Shown here: piece after piece, positions 1 to 13,575 of the stretch
Layout of the letters: the number at the start of each line of letters is the position of its first letter
Numbering within the stretch: position 1 is the stretch's first letter
NCBI RefSeq assembly: GCF_006345805.1
Contig: NC_043003.1
Span: 62,744,001-62,808,000, forward strand
Length of the DNA stretch: 64,000 nucleotides
Direction of reading: 5' to 3'
Source: Octopus sinensis
Lineage: Eukaryota
The notes under the pieces: model-generated
Databases searched by the model: none
Told to the model about the DNA's origin: nothing
Seen by the model: the letters and a program-made list of their open reading frames with translations, nothing else
Translations under genes and position numbers: made by a program

Positions 1-18
1 GAAACTTTTGCAGGTATT

Positions 19-370
19 TATGTCTATCTAAATTGTAATGGGTGTTTAATATAATTATGCCTACATAAATTGTGACTGGTTGTTTATGATTAATGTATCT
101 ATACAAATTATGACTAGATATTTAATGTAATTATGCCAATATTAATTGCACTGTGTTTCATGTGTATATAATTTGTACTGGGTGTTTAACATAATTACAC
201 CTTTGCAAATTATTGTGACTATTTAATGTTCTTATGTGTAATTAAATTTTACTGTATGTATAATTTCATATGTTTATATAAATTGCATTGGCTACTTAAT
301 GTTTTTATGTGTATATAAATTTTACTTGATGCTTAATTTCATTAAACCAATATAAACTGCAGTGAGTGTG
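19..370. repeat. Degenerate AT-rich tandem minisatellite, ~37-bp unit, about 10 copies
   Basis: Recurrent unit like TATGTGTATATAAATTGTACTGGGTGTTTAATATAAT. Confidence 0.7.
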
Positions 371-791
371 TATCCCACTGATTGTTGTTTAGTAATATTA
401 AACAAAGATAAGGGTCTTAAATAGCAACTGAAATTTGTATAGGCCAAATGAAATTAAACACCCAGATTAAATTTATATCGACATAAAATATTAAATGCTG
501 CAATTAGGGGTACATGTCTGTCTACCCAGCTACTTACGGGTTAATTTAATGAGGTGGTAGGTAGATCAGTTTATTCAACTACTGAATGCTTCTTATTAAA
601 ACTAATGAAGAATCTATTGAACAATGTAAATGGTTGGTTTGGCCATTTTTATTGTTGGTCAATGGTATTTCAGACACAGTAACTTAACCACTTCTGTTGT
701 GCCCGGGCTGTTTTCGGAAGCAAGGGGCAAGCCCCAAGCACACTTACCACCTCTCTACTCATGGATATGCCACAAAGGAAAGACAAGTCAG

Positions 792-1190
792 TCATCATTA
801 TCATCATCATTGTTTAATGTCTGCTTTCCATGCTGGCATGGACTGCATGGTTTGACTGAGGACTGACAAGCCTGGAGACTGCACCAGGTTCCAATCTGAT
901 CTGGCAATGTTTCTACAGCTAGATGCCCTTCCCAACGCCAACCCCTTCGAAAGTGTGGTGGGTGCTTTTTACGTACCACAAGTCAGGGGGCACTGGCATT
1001 GACCACATTTGGATGGTGCTTTTTACGTGCTACCAGCATGGGAGCCAATCAGGGAGCACTGACATCGACCATGTTCAGATGATGCATTTTATATGCCACT
1101 GGCATGGGAGCCAGTAAATACATTCAATAAATTTTTATGTGCCACTAGCTTGGGTGCCATTATCCTGACACCAACATCGGCCACAACTGC
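792..1190 (-). mobile_element. RTE-type LINE 3' UTR/tail fragment with ~60-bp internal repeats
   Basis: (CAT)n followed by GTTTAATGTCTGCTTTCCATGCTGGCATGG; this tail is joined to RTE RT C-terminal coding at 8170-9018 and 14775-16104. Confidence 0.8.
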
Positions 1191-1683
1191 AGTCTACTCA
1201 TCCCAGTCATTGGACTGTGGCCATGCTGGAATTCTACCTTGAAAGGTTTAGTTGACCAAATCAAGCCCTGCACTTGCTATTTTTAAACCTGGTACTTATT
1301 CTATTGGTCTCTCTTGCCAAACTGCTAAGTTACAGAGATGTAAACAAACCAACACTGGTTGTCATGTGGTGGTGGGAGACAAGCATATACATAAATGGAT
1401 ATACATGGGTTTCTTTCAGTTTCCATCTACAAAATTCACTCTCAAGGCTTCTGGAGCAAATTCAAAGCAACTGTATTTAACAAATAAAACTTAACCTAAC
1501 GAACCCATTATTTTGTTGTCTTTATATAAAAAGCTACGCCATTATCGCCCCACTTTTCTTTAACCCCACCCTTGGATTTTTCCACCATCCCCAGGGGGGC
1601 AATACTGCCTGCTTTGGGAACCACTGATCTCTATCATGACATTGCTTTTGCATAGCATGCAGACATTATCAAGGCATTGGGTA

Positions 1684-1736
<53 letters not shown>

Positions 1737-2089
1737 ACACACATACACACACACGCACACATGCACATGCACACATCGATATGTAAGGTGACTCTATACT
1801 TAGAGAGATGGCTAAGGGACTATCCTCAGAAATTGCAATGTCTAACTATAGTCTGAAGGCTGCTTTAGGGTGTTATTGCACTTATCATGAGGTTGCTCAC
1901 CAAACTGGTCACATAGACAATGTCCTATTACACTCACCAATAGGAATTGCAACAGTTACACTTCATACCAGTGGTTCTCAACCATTTTTGGCCTATGAAC
2001 CCTTTAATTCTTGTTTTACTGGTATGGACCCTCATAGCCATTTGATGTCTAAAAATTCTATTATACTTTTATAATCAAAATTTTAGTTT

Positions 2090-2302
2090 TGAAATTTTGG
2101 CTCAAGGCCAGCGATTTTTCCAGGAGGGGATAAGTCGATTACAATGACCCCCAGTACTCAACTGGTACTTATTTTATTGACCTTGAAAGGATGATAGGCA
2201 AAATGAACCTTTGCTGAATTTGAACTCAGAATGTAGAGACTAACGAAATGCCACTAAGCATTTTTCCTGATGCACAAAAGATAATTCCTGCTCACTATCT
2301 TA
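2090..2302 (-). mobile_element. tRNA-derived SINE, family B
   Basis: Reverse complement of the family seen at 16121-16575 (Pol III A/B-box-like head, B box GTTCAAATTC in better-preserved copies). Confidence 0.75.
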
Positions 2303-2318
2303 ATGAAATAATTTTTAA

Positions 2319-2720
2319 TAGGCACAGGAGTGGCTGTGTGGTAAGTAGCTTGCTTACCAACCACATGGTTCCGGGTTCAGTCCTACTTCGTGGTACCTTG
2401 GGCAAGTGTCTTCTACTATAGCCTCAGGTCGACCAAAGCCTTGCGAGTATTGGTAGAGGGAAACTGAAAGAAGCCTGTCGTATATATGTATATATATATG
2501 TATGTGCATATATATGTTGGTGTGTCTGTGTTTGTCCCCCCAACTTTGCTTGGCAACTGATGCTGGTGTGTTTATGTCCCCGTAACTTAGCGGTTCGGCA
2601 GAAGAGACCGATAGAATAAGTACTAGGCTTACAAAGAATAAGTCCTGGGGTTGATATGCTCGACTAAAGGCGATGCTCCAGCATGGCCACAGTCAAAAGA
2701 CTGAAACAATTAAAAGAGTG
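2319..2720 (+). mobile_element. tRNA-derived CORE-like SINE, family A, with internal (TA)/(TG) tract
   Basis: A box TGGCTGTGTGG, B box GGTTCAGTCC, CORE-like ACCTTGGGCAAGTG; many copies in the window. Confidence 0.85.
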
Positions 2721-3766
2721 AAAGAGTAAAGAGTAATTTTATAAAAAATTGTTAAAATATTTTGTGTATTGTAGAAGTGTATTATTATTGCTCATAATTT
2801 TTAACAAGATCTTGTATGGACTCCCAAAGGCCATATGGATTCTGGTTGAGAACTACTGCTTTATAGAGTAAATGGAGTGGGAGGTGGTGCAATCAAAGAT
2901 GCTTGAATAAACAGATACAGTTAAAAATAATGATTTCTAACATTGACACAAGCTATAAATTTTGAAGGAGGCTACAGTCAAAGCAATCAACTCCAGTCTC
3001 AACTGTGACTTTATTTTATCCATCCCCTCTGGGAGGATGCAAAACAGGTTTGATCGTGGTAGGATTTGAATTCAAATTGTAAAGAGATGCCGCTAAAAAC
3101 TGCCGGGCATTTTGTTTTATGATCCAATCTATTGGTTTTATGTAGTTAAAGTATTAAAAATAACAAAGTCTGTTCCTTTGATATCTCCACGTCATCTGAT
3201 TGAAATAATGTCAGCTGTTACAGCTGTTATAAAGTTTGTGTCAATGGAAAACATTAGATGTGGACAGCTGGGAGTCAGAAAATGGTTGCTTGTTCTTCAA
3301 CTAAGGAATTGACAGAACATTGTATAGAATACTTTGAGGTATTTTTTTACAGGTTTTCTGGGGTCAACCCCAACTGAAGTCAACTTTGTTTTTTATTTTT
3401 TTCTACTTGTACTTGAAGTAGCCATTTCCCTGCAGTAAGCTGAGCTGGCTCTGACCAATAAGTTCATAATGTTCTTCATAAATGATGACTATATCTGATG
3501 GTTGGCCCTAACAGGAATGCTTCTGCTTGTTACCTAAAGATCTGGCTTGCAAATTCGATCAATACTCTACTGGGAGAAGAGCAAGTGGGTAGCACAGATT
3601 GAATAGTCACAGTTGTCATTCACTGTTGAGGTGGAGAGTTTATGCTTCAGATACTCTTGTTCAAAATTTTATGTCCATCTTTTCTAAGTTAAACAAAACT
3701 TGTTGAAGTGGATTTTCTATGGTTGGCAGCTTTTCTTGTCACAAAACCTTGCCTATTTTTCAAGTA

Positions 3767-3978
3767 CTCTTTTACGTGTTTCAGTCATTTGACTGTGGCC
3801 ATACTGAAGTACCGCCTTTAGTTGAGCAAATCAACCCCAGGACTAATTTTTTGTAAGCCTAGTACTTATTCTATTGGTCTCTTTTGCTGAACCACCATGT
3901 TATGGGTACATAAACACATCAACATCAGTTGTCAAGCAACGTTGGGGGACAAACACAGACACACAAACATACATACAC

Positions 3979-4023
<45 letters not shown>

Positions 4024-4187
4024 CATTGGGCTTCTTTCAGTTTCCATCTACCAAATCCACTCACAAAGCTTTGGTCGGCCCGAGGCTATAGTGGAAGACA
4101 CTTGCCCAAGATGCCATGCAGTGGGACTGAACCTGAAACCATGTAGTTGGTAAGCAATATACTTACCACACAGCCACACCTGCACCT
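3767..4187 (-). mobile_element. SINE family A, full length
   Basis: Reverse complement of 2319-2720. Confidence 0.85.
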
Positions 4188-5215
4188 AGTAATGTACTTT
4201 TTCCTACTTCACTGGTCATCACATGTAAAAGCACATGGCCAAATGGTTAGGATATTATACTCACAATTGTTAGCACGTGATTTCAATTTATGGACCTGAG
4301 GGTGCATTGTATTCTTGAACAAAACACTTCATGCTACTCCAGTTCACTCACTTGTAATGAATTCCAGTAATAGCTGGGAAGTTAGTCCTGCAACAGACTG
4401 GTTTCTTGTCCAGCTGCAAGGAGTTTTGTAATCTCAGTCAATCATGGGAAAAGTATCCTTTGACCTGTCCTACACGCGAGGCCCTACCAGAGGCTTGCAC
4501 TCTACTGATGTATCTCTCAGGATCATTGAGATACATAAACCACCACACTACATCAAGGACTGGACCTTGCGGAGGGTCAGGTAAGATACCTTGGGATACG
4601 TATTCTAGATCCTTGTGTTCCAAGTTCATATTCCACCTCCTATCACTGGTCTCCTCATGGAAGAGAAAAGACAGACAGGTCCTTTGAGATATAAATGACA
4701 TTGATAGGTCTTCACTGTCAGATGGCACACCATGTATGATTGGAATATCTCAAGTGCATTAATAAAATGAGTGGACCTGTACGAAGCAAAACAACAACAA
4801 CAACAACAATGATAATAATAATTTCAGCTGCACCATAAGTTGCTTCAGATGTTACAATGTTCTTGTTGCCGTTTATCTCTAGATCTAGCTCAGTCCTGAT
4901 TATACAGATCTGTGCTATCACAGGTGTTCAAGCTGTGAACATGCTGGGTGCATTCAGGAATATATGATGTTGCTCTTTTATTTTTTAAGATTTTTTCCTG
5001 GTGTGAATTAAGTAGGTTGAGTGACAGTGTTGAAGCAGTTCCTACATAGGTTTGTATTATTGTGTATACAGAGCCAGCCACATGCACAAAAAAAACAAAA
5101 ATTGAAATTAAAAATAAAAACAGATAATCAAGAAAATGAGACACAAAAAAAAATTGAAAAATTATTACCCAGAGATATGTTTCACCGTGGAGCCATAAAT
5201 ATTTTCCAATTTTAG

Positions 5216-5290
5216 AAGAAATGAGATTTTCAGATATGCCATTTTATTTAATCCGGAAGCTATCACGAAATCAATATAGTTTTGGATCAT
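5216..5290 (+). CDS. Candidate internal exon of an unidentified host gene (75 nt, phase 1-1; EMRFSDMPFYLIRKLSRNQYSFGS)
   Basis: Acceptor ATTTTCCAATTTTAG, donor GTATGT, open frame in non-repeat DNA. No protein recognised. Confidence 0.3.
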
Positions 5291-5451
5291 GTATGTCAAA
5301 TGAATGTAGTGATTAGGTGAAGAGAATAGGCAGAAAACATGAGAGGAATTAACTGGAAATTATTCTTGTCAGTGGTCTGGATTGGGAGAACTTGAGAACA
5401 GCTATGAATGCAAGTCCTATCCAAAGAAAGGATTTAAAAAAAAAAATTTTA

Positions 5452-5674
5452 TTCTTCTACTTGTTTCAGTCATTTGACAGCAGCCATGCTGGGGCACTGC
5501 CTTTAGTCAAGTAAATAAACCCCCAGGACTTATTCTTTGTAAGCCTAGTACTTATTCTATCGGTCTCTTTTTGCCGAACCACTGGGTTACGGGAACGTAA
5601 ACATACCAACATCGGTAGTCAAGCAATGTTGTGGGGACAAACACAGGCACACAAACATATACACACATGTACAT

Positions 5675-5728
<54 letters not shown>

Positions 5729-6283
5729 GTGGCTGTGTAGTAAGTAGCTTTCTAACCAACCACATGGTTCTGGGTTCAGTCCCACTGCGTGGCATCTTGG
5801 GCAAGTGTCTTCTACTATAGCCCAGGCCGACCAATGCCTTGTGAGTGGATTTGGTAGACAGAAACTGAAAGAAGCCTGTCATATATATGTATGTGTGTGT
5901 ATGTGTTTGTCCCCCTAGCATTGCTTGACAACCGATGCTGGTGTGTTTACGTCCCTGTCACTTAGCAGTTTGGCAATAGAGACCGATAGAATAAGTACTG
6001 GGCTTACAAAGAATAAGTCCCGGGGTCGATTTGCTCGACTAAAGGCGGTGCTCCAGCATGGCCACAGTCAAATGACTGAAACAAGTAAAAAAAAAAAAAA
6101 TACACACACACACACACAACTGGCTTCTTTCAGTTTCCGTCTATCAAATCCACTCACAAGGCTTTGGTCAGCCCAAGAATATGGTAGAAGAAAGACACTT
6201 GCTCAAGGTGTCACGCAGTGGGACTGAACTCAGAAGCATGTGGTTGCTAAGCAAGCTACTTACCACACAACCACTCCTGTGCT
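5452..6283. mobile_element. Minus-strand SINE A split by a plus-strand SINE A inserted in its microsatellite
   Basis: Minus 3' half 5452-5700, plus copy ~5727-6090, minus 5' half 6120-6283. Confidence 0.8.
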
Positions 6284-7051
6284 GTATCTATATGTTTTTA
6301 AAAAGTAGATGGTGAACAAGATGAAGTGAAAGAAAACATAAATAGGTACAAACAAAGCTGTGTAGTTAAGACACTCACTTTGCATTTATATCGTCTCCAG
6401 TTCAATCCCACTGCACAGCAACTTGGGTGACTGTCATTTACTTTAGTCCCAGGTTGACCAATGCCCTTTCAGTGAATTTTGTAAAGAGAAACTGTGTGGA
6501 AGCCTGTTTTGTGTATATATGTATGTGTGTGTGTATTTGTCTCTTACCATCGCCTGACAACTGGTATTAGTTTGTTTACATCCCCATAATTTAACAGTTT
6601 GACAAAAGAAATCAATAGAATTGAACCACATTTATATATAAGTACTGAGGTTGATTTGTGTAACTAAACTCTTCAAGGTAATGCCGCAGCATGGCCATAA
6701 TCCAATGACTAAAATAACTAAAAACAGATAAAACTATTTAGTTTTTCGTTTGTTTTTTTTTTATATTTTATTTACATGTTTGTTTTTTTAAGATGAAGAA
6801 CAACTTACCCTACTTCCTTTGCAGCAAAAACAAAAAAAACTAAAATTATTATCATTTCACTGAAAAGAGATATCTTACTTCTTAAATTAGACTTCACTAA
6901 GCCCGTTATCTTTAATCACACCCAAACTCTGTTAATCTATCCTTCTTTTAGTCATGAAGGATAAGGAAATGGCCATTCTCCTTACTTCACTCTTCTTCCT
7001 GTTAATTTATCAAACAGTTCCCCTACAGTTCTCACTATCTTTAACATTTAG

Positions 7052-7138
7052 TGCACACAGCTATTCAGTCCCAGAACCTTCTAAAATTCATGAAGATATC
7101 TTCAAGCACCATATCAGAGATTATTATAAACGTAGCAG
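7052..7138 (+). CDS. Candidate internal exon (87 nt; phase-1 frame HTAIQSQNLLKFMKISSSTISEIIINVA)
   Basis: Pyrimidine tract CTCACTATCTTTAACATTTAG; weak donor AG|GTTGTA; two frames are open. Confidence 0.25.
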
Positions 7139-8169
7139 GTTGTAATTATATATTTCATTTTTAGTATTTTTAAGAAGATATTTGTCTAAAGTTGTTGTTA
7201 TGAATCAAACCTAAATACAGCAGCCAAATCTCCCTCATACCACAGGAACAGGCATGGTGGTGTGGTTAAGAAGCCTGCTTCATGATGAAGTTTCATTGTT
7301 CAGTTTCATTGCTTGACACTTTGAACAGGGGCCTTCTACTATAACCTCTGACTGACCAAATCCTTGTGAGCAGATTTGGTAGACAGACACTGGGAAGAAG
7401 CTTGTTGTGTATGTGAGTAAGTGTGTGTGTGTGTGTGTTCATGCATGTGTATGTGTGCATGTGTGTGTGTACATGCATGTATGTATGCATGTGCATGTGT
7501 GTGTGTATGTGTGTGTGTACATGTGTGTGTGCACCCTTGTCTTCACATTTTGTGATGGTTGGGACATAAGAATTACTGACATACAAGCTATGTTGTTCAA
7601 TTCCAGTCTTCTGTGAAAACCATTCTCTGATCATGGGGGAAATATTAACTTGCTTGGAAAAAGGTTATGGGTTGGTGACAGGAAGTGTATCCAGCCATAG
7701 AAAATCTGCCTCAACAAATATCATTTTACCCAAAAAGTGGACATACAGTGAAGATGATGATTACTGTTCCAGGAAGACCTAGGGAAGACTAAAAGTCAGG
7801 GTGCTCACAGCTGGAATGCTTTAAATACTTTTTATAAGATGAACTGGCTTGGGTTTAAACAATGTTATTAGACTTACGTAAATTTTACCTTTCATTCTTC
7901 TAGGGTCAATAAAATAACAGTCAAGTACAGGGATCATTTAACTAACTGACCCCTTCCTCCAAATTTTATACCAAATTGCTCAGCCCTTTTACTTATATCT
8001 CTGTCTGTTATCTCTGAAACCACCTTTTTATATTATTTCTAATTCTTTCTTTCTGTATCTCACTCTCTGCTCCTTTTTTCCCCGCTCTGATTATTTCTGG
8101 TTCTCAAACAGCATCCGTATGACCCTTGGAGGTCCATATAAGAGTTTGTTGTTAAAATTTATCTGAAAT

Positions 8170-9018
8170 ATAAGAAGCATCAGATGTGGTGTGCAAGAGA
8201 GACAGCTGCGCTGGTATGATCATGTGGCGAGAATGGATGAGGATAGCTGTGTGAAAAAGTGCCACACCCTAGCGGTTGAGGGAACCTGTGAAAAGGTAGA
8301 TCCAGGAAGAGCTGGGATGAGGTGGTGAGGCATGACCTTTGAACGTTGGGCCTCACCGAGGCAATGACTAGTGACCGAGACCTTTGGAAATATACTGTAC
8401 TTGAGAAGATCCAGCAAGCCAAGTGAGACCATAACCTCATGGCCTATGCCAGGGTCACAACCAGCCCACTTATGCATACCTTTCCTTCACTGGACACTAA
8501 ATTCTGCTTGCAAAGACCTGTTGAGGCATGTGAAATTGGAATTGAAATCAAATTCGATGACTGGCATCCATGCTAGTGGAGTGCTAAGAGCACTATCAAA
8601 GCGTGATCGTTGCCAGAGCAGCTAACTGGCTCCCATGCCGGTAGCATGTAAAAAGCACCATTCGAGCATGATCTTTACTAGCGTCACCTTTCTGGCTCTT
8701 GTGCTGGTGGCACATGAAAAAATAATCAAGCAAGGTCGTTGTCAGTGCTGCTGGACTGGCTCCTGTGCAGGCGGCATGTAAAAAACACCATTTGAGCGTG
8801 GCCGTTGCCAGTACCACCTGACTGGCTCTTGTGTTGGTGGTATGTAAAAGCACCCACTACACTCTCGGAGTGGTTGGTGTTAGGAAGGGCATCCAGCTAT
8901 AGAAACTCTGCCAGATCAGGTTGGAGCCTGGTGCAGCCATCTGGTTCACCAGTTTTCAGTCAAATCATCCAACCCATGCTAGCATGGAATGCGGATGTTA
9001 AACGATGATGATGATGAT
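8170..9018 (+). mobile_element. 5'-truncated RTE LINE (RT C-terminus plus 3' UTR)
   Basis: IRCGVQERQLRWYDHVARMDEDSCVKKCHTLAVEGTC../GRSRKSWDEVVRHDL matches the RTE LRWxGHV...GRPxxxW region; (GAT)n tail. Confidence 0.9.
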
Positions 9019-9471
9019 TGGCTATGCTTCTACAATATACAAAATATTTTAATTTTTTAAAATAAAATTCCTAATAATATTTTATTACAAATATATGACA
9101 GAATTTTGTAAACAACAAATAGCTATGGAAGTCCATCTGAGTAAAACAGGAATCTAAAAGGTCTATAGGTAAAAATATGGCTGAGACCCACTGCTACAGA
9201 TATACCTACCCCAGTTAATTTATTACTCTCTGTTTACTGATATTCAATTATATTTGAATGCCAATTATCTACTTGGACAGCCAACTGGCAGACTCCATGT
9301 CTCGTTAATAAGTCCAGTAACACAATAAATTCTATCAAATAATGTACTCACACTTTGGTAGTTTGTGTCTCTATACTCCTATTTGCCTGACAAGATGATT
9401 GCTTCCTTGCTACAAAACTATATGTTCCTCTCACTGATTGTATATATGTATGTATATGTATGTGTGTATAT

Positions 9472-9549
<78 letters not shown>

Positions 9550-10149
9550 GTATCAACAAAAGTGCATGTGTCTTGATTTATTGATTCAGTTTTAATGAGA
9601 TGACAGTGGGGTCACATGTAATGTAGCTTAAAATTACATAATATGGATATTCTATCCATTTCCACCATGTTAAATGCTTTATCTGATTATTGAAACAAAC
9701 GTAACCTAAGAATAAATGTAATTGGCACAAAGTCACACACCCCACTCAATACTACTACCCCACCTCTCCCAGTTGAAGGAGTTTTGTCTTGCAAGGTACT
9801 TGGTGGTCCTGTTGGTGCTGTGTCATATAAAAAGCACAGGGGTTAGTGCCACATAAAAAGCACTGATGCCATATTAAAAGCACTGGTTCTGGTGCCATGT
9901 AAAAAGCATATGTGCTGGTGCCACATAAAAATCCCCCAGGACACTCTGTAAAGTAGTTAGTGTAAGGGAGGGCATCCGACAGTAGAAACCAACCAAAGCT
10001 GGCTACAGAACCTGGTGTGGCTCCTGGCCTAGCCAGCTCCTGTCAAACCATCTAACTCATGCCAGCATGGAAAACAGATGTTAAATGATCACAATGAGGA
10101 TGATGATGATGATGCATGTATGTGTGTGCATGATGTGTGTGTGTGTTTG

Positions 10150-10925
10150 TCAGAGTGTAAGCAGCTTGAGAGAAAAGTCAGGCGTAATGTGGTGTGCAAG
10201 GGAGATGAATGAACTGGTATGGTCAGGTGATGTGTATGGATGAGGACAGCTGTGTAAAGAAGTGCTGATCTCTAATTATGGAGGGAACCTGTGGTAGAGG
10301 TAGAACCAGGAAAACATGAGATGAGGTAGTGAAGCATGATCTCCAAACTTTAGGCCTCACAGAAGCAATGACTAGTGATTGAGACCTCTGGTGAGAAGAA
10401 CCGACAAGCCAAGTCAAATCACAGTCATGGCTGATGCTGGTATCATGTAAGCAGCACCCATGCAGGTGGCACGTAAAAAGCACCTTTCAAGTGTTGAACC
10501 TCATGGAGGTAAAGTGGTTGAGCTCCTTTAAAATGTTGGGCCTCATGGAAGCAATGACCAACACCTTTGGCATTATGTTGTGCTTTGGAAGAAGACCCAT
10601 CAAGCCAAGTAAAATCACAGTCGTGGCAGATACCAGTGTCACGCAAATGGTACCCATTCCAGTAGCATGTAAAAGCACCTTTTGAGTATTGGGCCTCATG
10701 CAGGCAATGACTGAGTCCATTTAGCATTATGCTGTGCTTGAGAACATCCATGAAGCCAAGTAAAACTGCAGTCGTGACAGATACTGGTGTCACACAAGTG
10801 GCTCCTGTGCCAGTGGTACATAACCCATTACACTCACAGAGTGGTTGGCATTAGGAAGGGCATCCAGCTGTAGAAACCATGCCAAAACAGACCGGAGTTT
10901 GGTGCAGCCTTCCAGCTTGCCAGCC
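10150..10925 (+). mobile_element. 5'-truncated RTE LINE with a triplicated ~150-170-bp ORF-end/3'UTR segment
   Basis: RT C-terminal homology; GGCCTCA..GCAATGAC..CAAGCCAAGT..CAGTC unit recurs near 10350, 10535 and 10690. Confidence 0.8.
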
Positions 10926-10926
10926 G

Positions 10927-11355
10927 TCATCATCATCATCATCATCATCATCGTTTAACGTCTGCTTTCCATGCTGGCATGGATTGGACGGTTTGACTGA
11001 GGACCGGTGAGCCAGAGGCTGCACCAGGCTCAATCTGATCTGGTAAAGTTTCTACAACTAGATGCCCTTCCTAACACCAACCACTCTGAGAGTGTAGTGG
11101 GTGCTTTTACATGCCACTGGCATGAGGCCAGTCAGGCTGTTTTGGCAACGACCACACTCAAAAGTGTTTTTTTTAGATGCTACCTGCATGGGAGCCAGTC
11201 TGGCTGCACTGGCAACAACCACCCTTGAATGGTGCTTTTCATGTGTCACTGACACGGGAGCCAATCTGTGGCCCTGGCAATGATCATGCTTGGATGTGCT
11301 TTTAAGGTTCCACTGGCACGAGTGCCAATCAAACGGTACTGTCATTGGGCACGTC
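10927..11355 (-). mobile_element. RTE 3' tail, tail-to-tail with the preceding copy
   Basis: (CAT)n GTTTAACGTCTGCTTTCCATGCTGGC; complementary to 10835-10925. Confidence 0.8.
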
Positions 11356-11429
11356 AGCAATTTTGGGATAACTTAAAAAATGTTTGAAACACTAATTATT
11401 ACAAGAAATAAATAAAGAGAATTATCCCC

Positions 11430-11572
11430 ATAATATGAAATAAACTGTGATTATATATCATTATCATCATCCTCATCCTCATCCTCATCATCCTCATCAT
11501 CATCCTCATCATCATCATCAGAGGACATTAAATGACAACGATGATACATAATCACAGTGTATTTCATATTAT
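11430..11572. mobile_element. Fold-back element with ~40-bp arms around a (CAT)n tract
   Basis: ATAATATGAAATAAACTGTGATTATATATCAT ... ATGATACATAATCACAGTGTATTTCATATTAT. Confidence 0.7.
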
Positions 11573-11924
11573 ACACTTTAGTTATATCCTTATACTAATT
11601 TGTATTTTAATAACTCTTTAGTTCATCCCACTATACATAGTATAACCTCTTTCACTGCCCCCTTCCTCTCTTCATCTTTTAATAACTTCTATGTCCCACC
11701 CCATTCTCCTATTCAACATTCTTTGCCATTTTATTACATCTCTTTCACTATTTCTGGTTAATAAGATAGGCTCATTGATATTATTATCATCAAATTCACT
11801 CAAGGTTGACTTTGCCTTTCATTCTTTTGGGGTTGATAAAATAAGTACCAGTTACATACTGGGATCAATGTAATCGACTTACTCCCTCCCCCAAATTTCA
11901 AGCGTTGTGCCTATAATAGAAAGA

Positions 11925-11984
<60 letters not shown>

Positions 11985-12349
11985 TAGTTTTATTTTTATC
12001 ATGTGCTTTCACTTCACTACCGAGCGCAGCTCTGTGTGCCTTGGGTATGTGCTGTGGTTTGCTGTGATGCTCTTATGGTTACTGTATTGAAAGTGTTTTG
12101 CTTAGAATGTATAATAATGTTGTTGTTGTTGTTGTTTTTGTTGTTGTTGATGTTGCTGTTGTTGTTGCTATCATTGTTACGCAGGGCAAAATGCTTAGTA
12201 GCATTTCATCCATCTTTACGTTCTGGGTTCAAATTTCACTGAGATCGACTTCACCTTTCATCCTTTCAGGATTGATGAAATAAATACCAGTTACATACTG
12301 AGGTCAATGAAATCAACTAGTCTCCTCCCCAAAATTAGTAGAAAGGATT

Positions 12350-12376
12350 ATCACAAGTAGTAGTAGTAGTAGTAGT

Positions 12377-12429
<53 letters not shown>

Positions 12430-12467
12430 CAGTAGTAGCAGCAGCAGCAGCAGTAGCAGCAGTAGTG

Positions 12468-12539
<72 letters not shown>

Positions 12540-12581
12540 GTAGCAGCAGTAGTGGTAGTAGTAGTAGTAGTAGTAGTAGTA
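12350..12581. repeat. Compound (TAG)n/(CAG)n microsatellite
   Basis: Read directly; explains the poly-L/Y/C/V/A ORFs. Confidence 0.95.
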
Positions 12582-12589
12582 CATTCTTT

Positions 12590-13000
12590 TATTTTTTACT
12601 TGTTTCTGCCATTAGACTGTGGCCATGTTGGGGCACCACCTATGGGGAATTTTAGTCAAACAATGTACCCCAGTACTTAGTTTTTAAGTTTTTAAGCCTA
12701 GTACTTATTTTTATTGGTCCCTTTTGCCAAACTGTTAAGTTATGGGGATGTAAACACACCAACACCAGTTGTCAAGCAGTGGTGGGAGACAAACACAGAC
12801 ACAAAGACACACACACATGGATATCATATCTGATGGGCTTCTTTCAGTTTCTGTCTACTAAATCCACTTGTAAGACTTTGGTCTACTCTAGGCTCTCGTA
12901 GAAGACAGTAGAAGATACATATCCCAAGAGGCTATGCAGTGGGCGTGAACCCAGAAGTATGTGGTTGGGAAGCAAACTCGTTGCTGCACAACTATGCCTG
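12590..13000 (-). mobile_element. SINE family A, older copy
   Basis: Collinear with the reverse complement of 2319-2720. Confidence 0.8.
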
Positions 13001-13182
13001 TTGTTTTTTATGCTTAGAATAAGTGTGTGGTGTTTTGCTTCAGTGAAATATAGGTTTATATCCAGGAAAGAAATATGTAGAAAATTATGTGGAAAAAATT
13101 TCTAAATAAAAGAAACATTTAATAGAACAAAATATTTATTAGTTTTCCCTTTTTATTTCTGTATGCAACAATCTCCAAACAG

Positions 13183-13210
13183 GAAATTTTGATAATCAAA
13201 CAATGTCTGT
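13183..13210 (+). CDS. Candidate micro-exon (28 nt, phase 1-2; NFDNQTMS)
   Basis: Long pyrimidine tract ending CTCCAAACAG; donor GTAAGC. Confidence 0.3.
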
Positions 13211-13317
13211 GTAAGCAACATTTTTCAAGAATTTAACATTTTCATAATTGGAATGCTTGTGATATCCCTTTTGAGGAAGCAGATTGACTTTGATCTGAGA
13301 AAAACTATGTGCTAAAA

Positions 13318-13417
13318 GAGAGAGAATGAGAGAATGAAAGAAGAAAGAGAGGAAGAAAGAGATAAAGAAAGAGAGAGATAAAGAAGGAAAGGTAAAGAAA
13401 TAGATATAGATAGAAAG

Positions 13418-13465
<48 letters not shown>

Positions 13466-13518
13466 CTAGAATAAGAAAGTGAGATAGATAGATAGATAGA
13501 TAGATAGAATAAGAAAGC

Positions 13519-13575
<57 letters not shown>

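Larger units (their letters stand above)
1969..2858. mobile_element. hAT-type MITE carrying two nested SINEs
   Basis: TIRs CAGTGGTTCTCAACC (1969) and GGTTGAGAACTACTG (ends 2858); flanking 8-mers CTTCATAC/CTTTATAG match at 6/8 (decayed TSD). Confidence 0.75.

Noticed and set aside
2319-2400. tRNA genes
   Set aside because: A/B-box segments are SINE heads with no cloverleaf; no rRNA or tRNA gene seen in the window.
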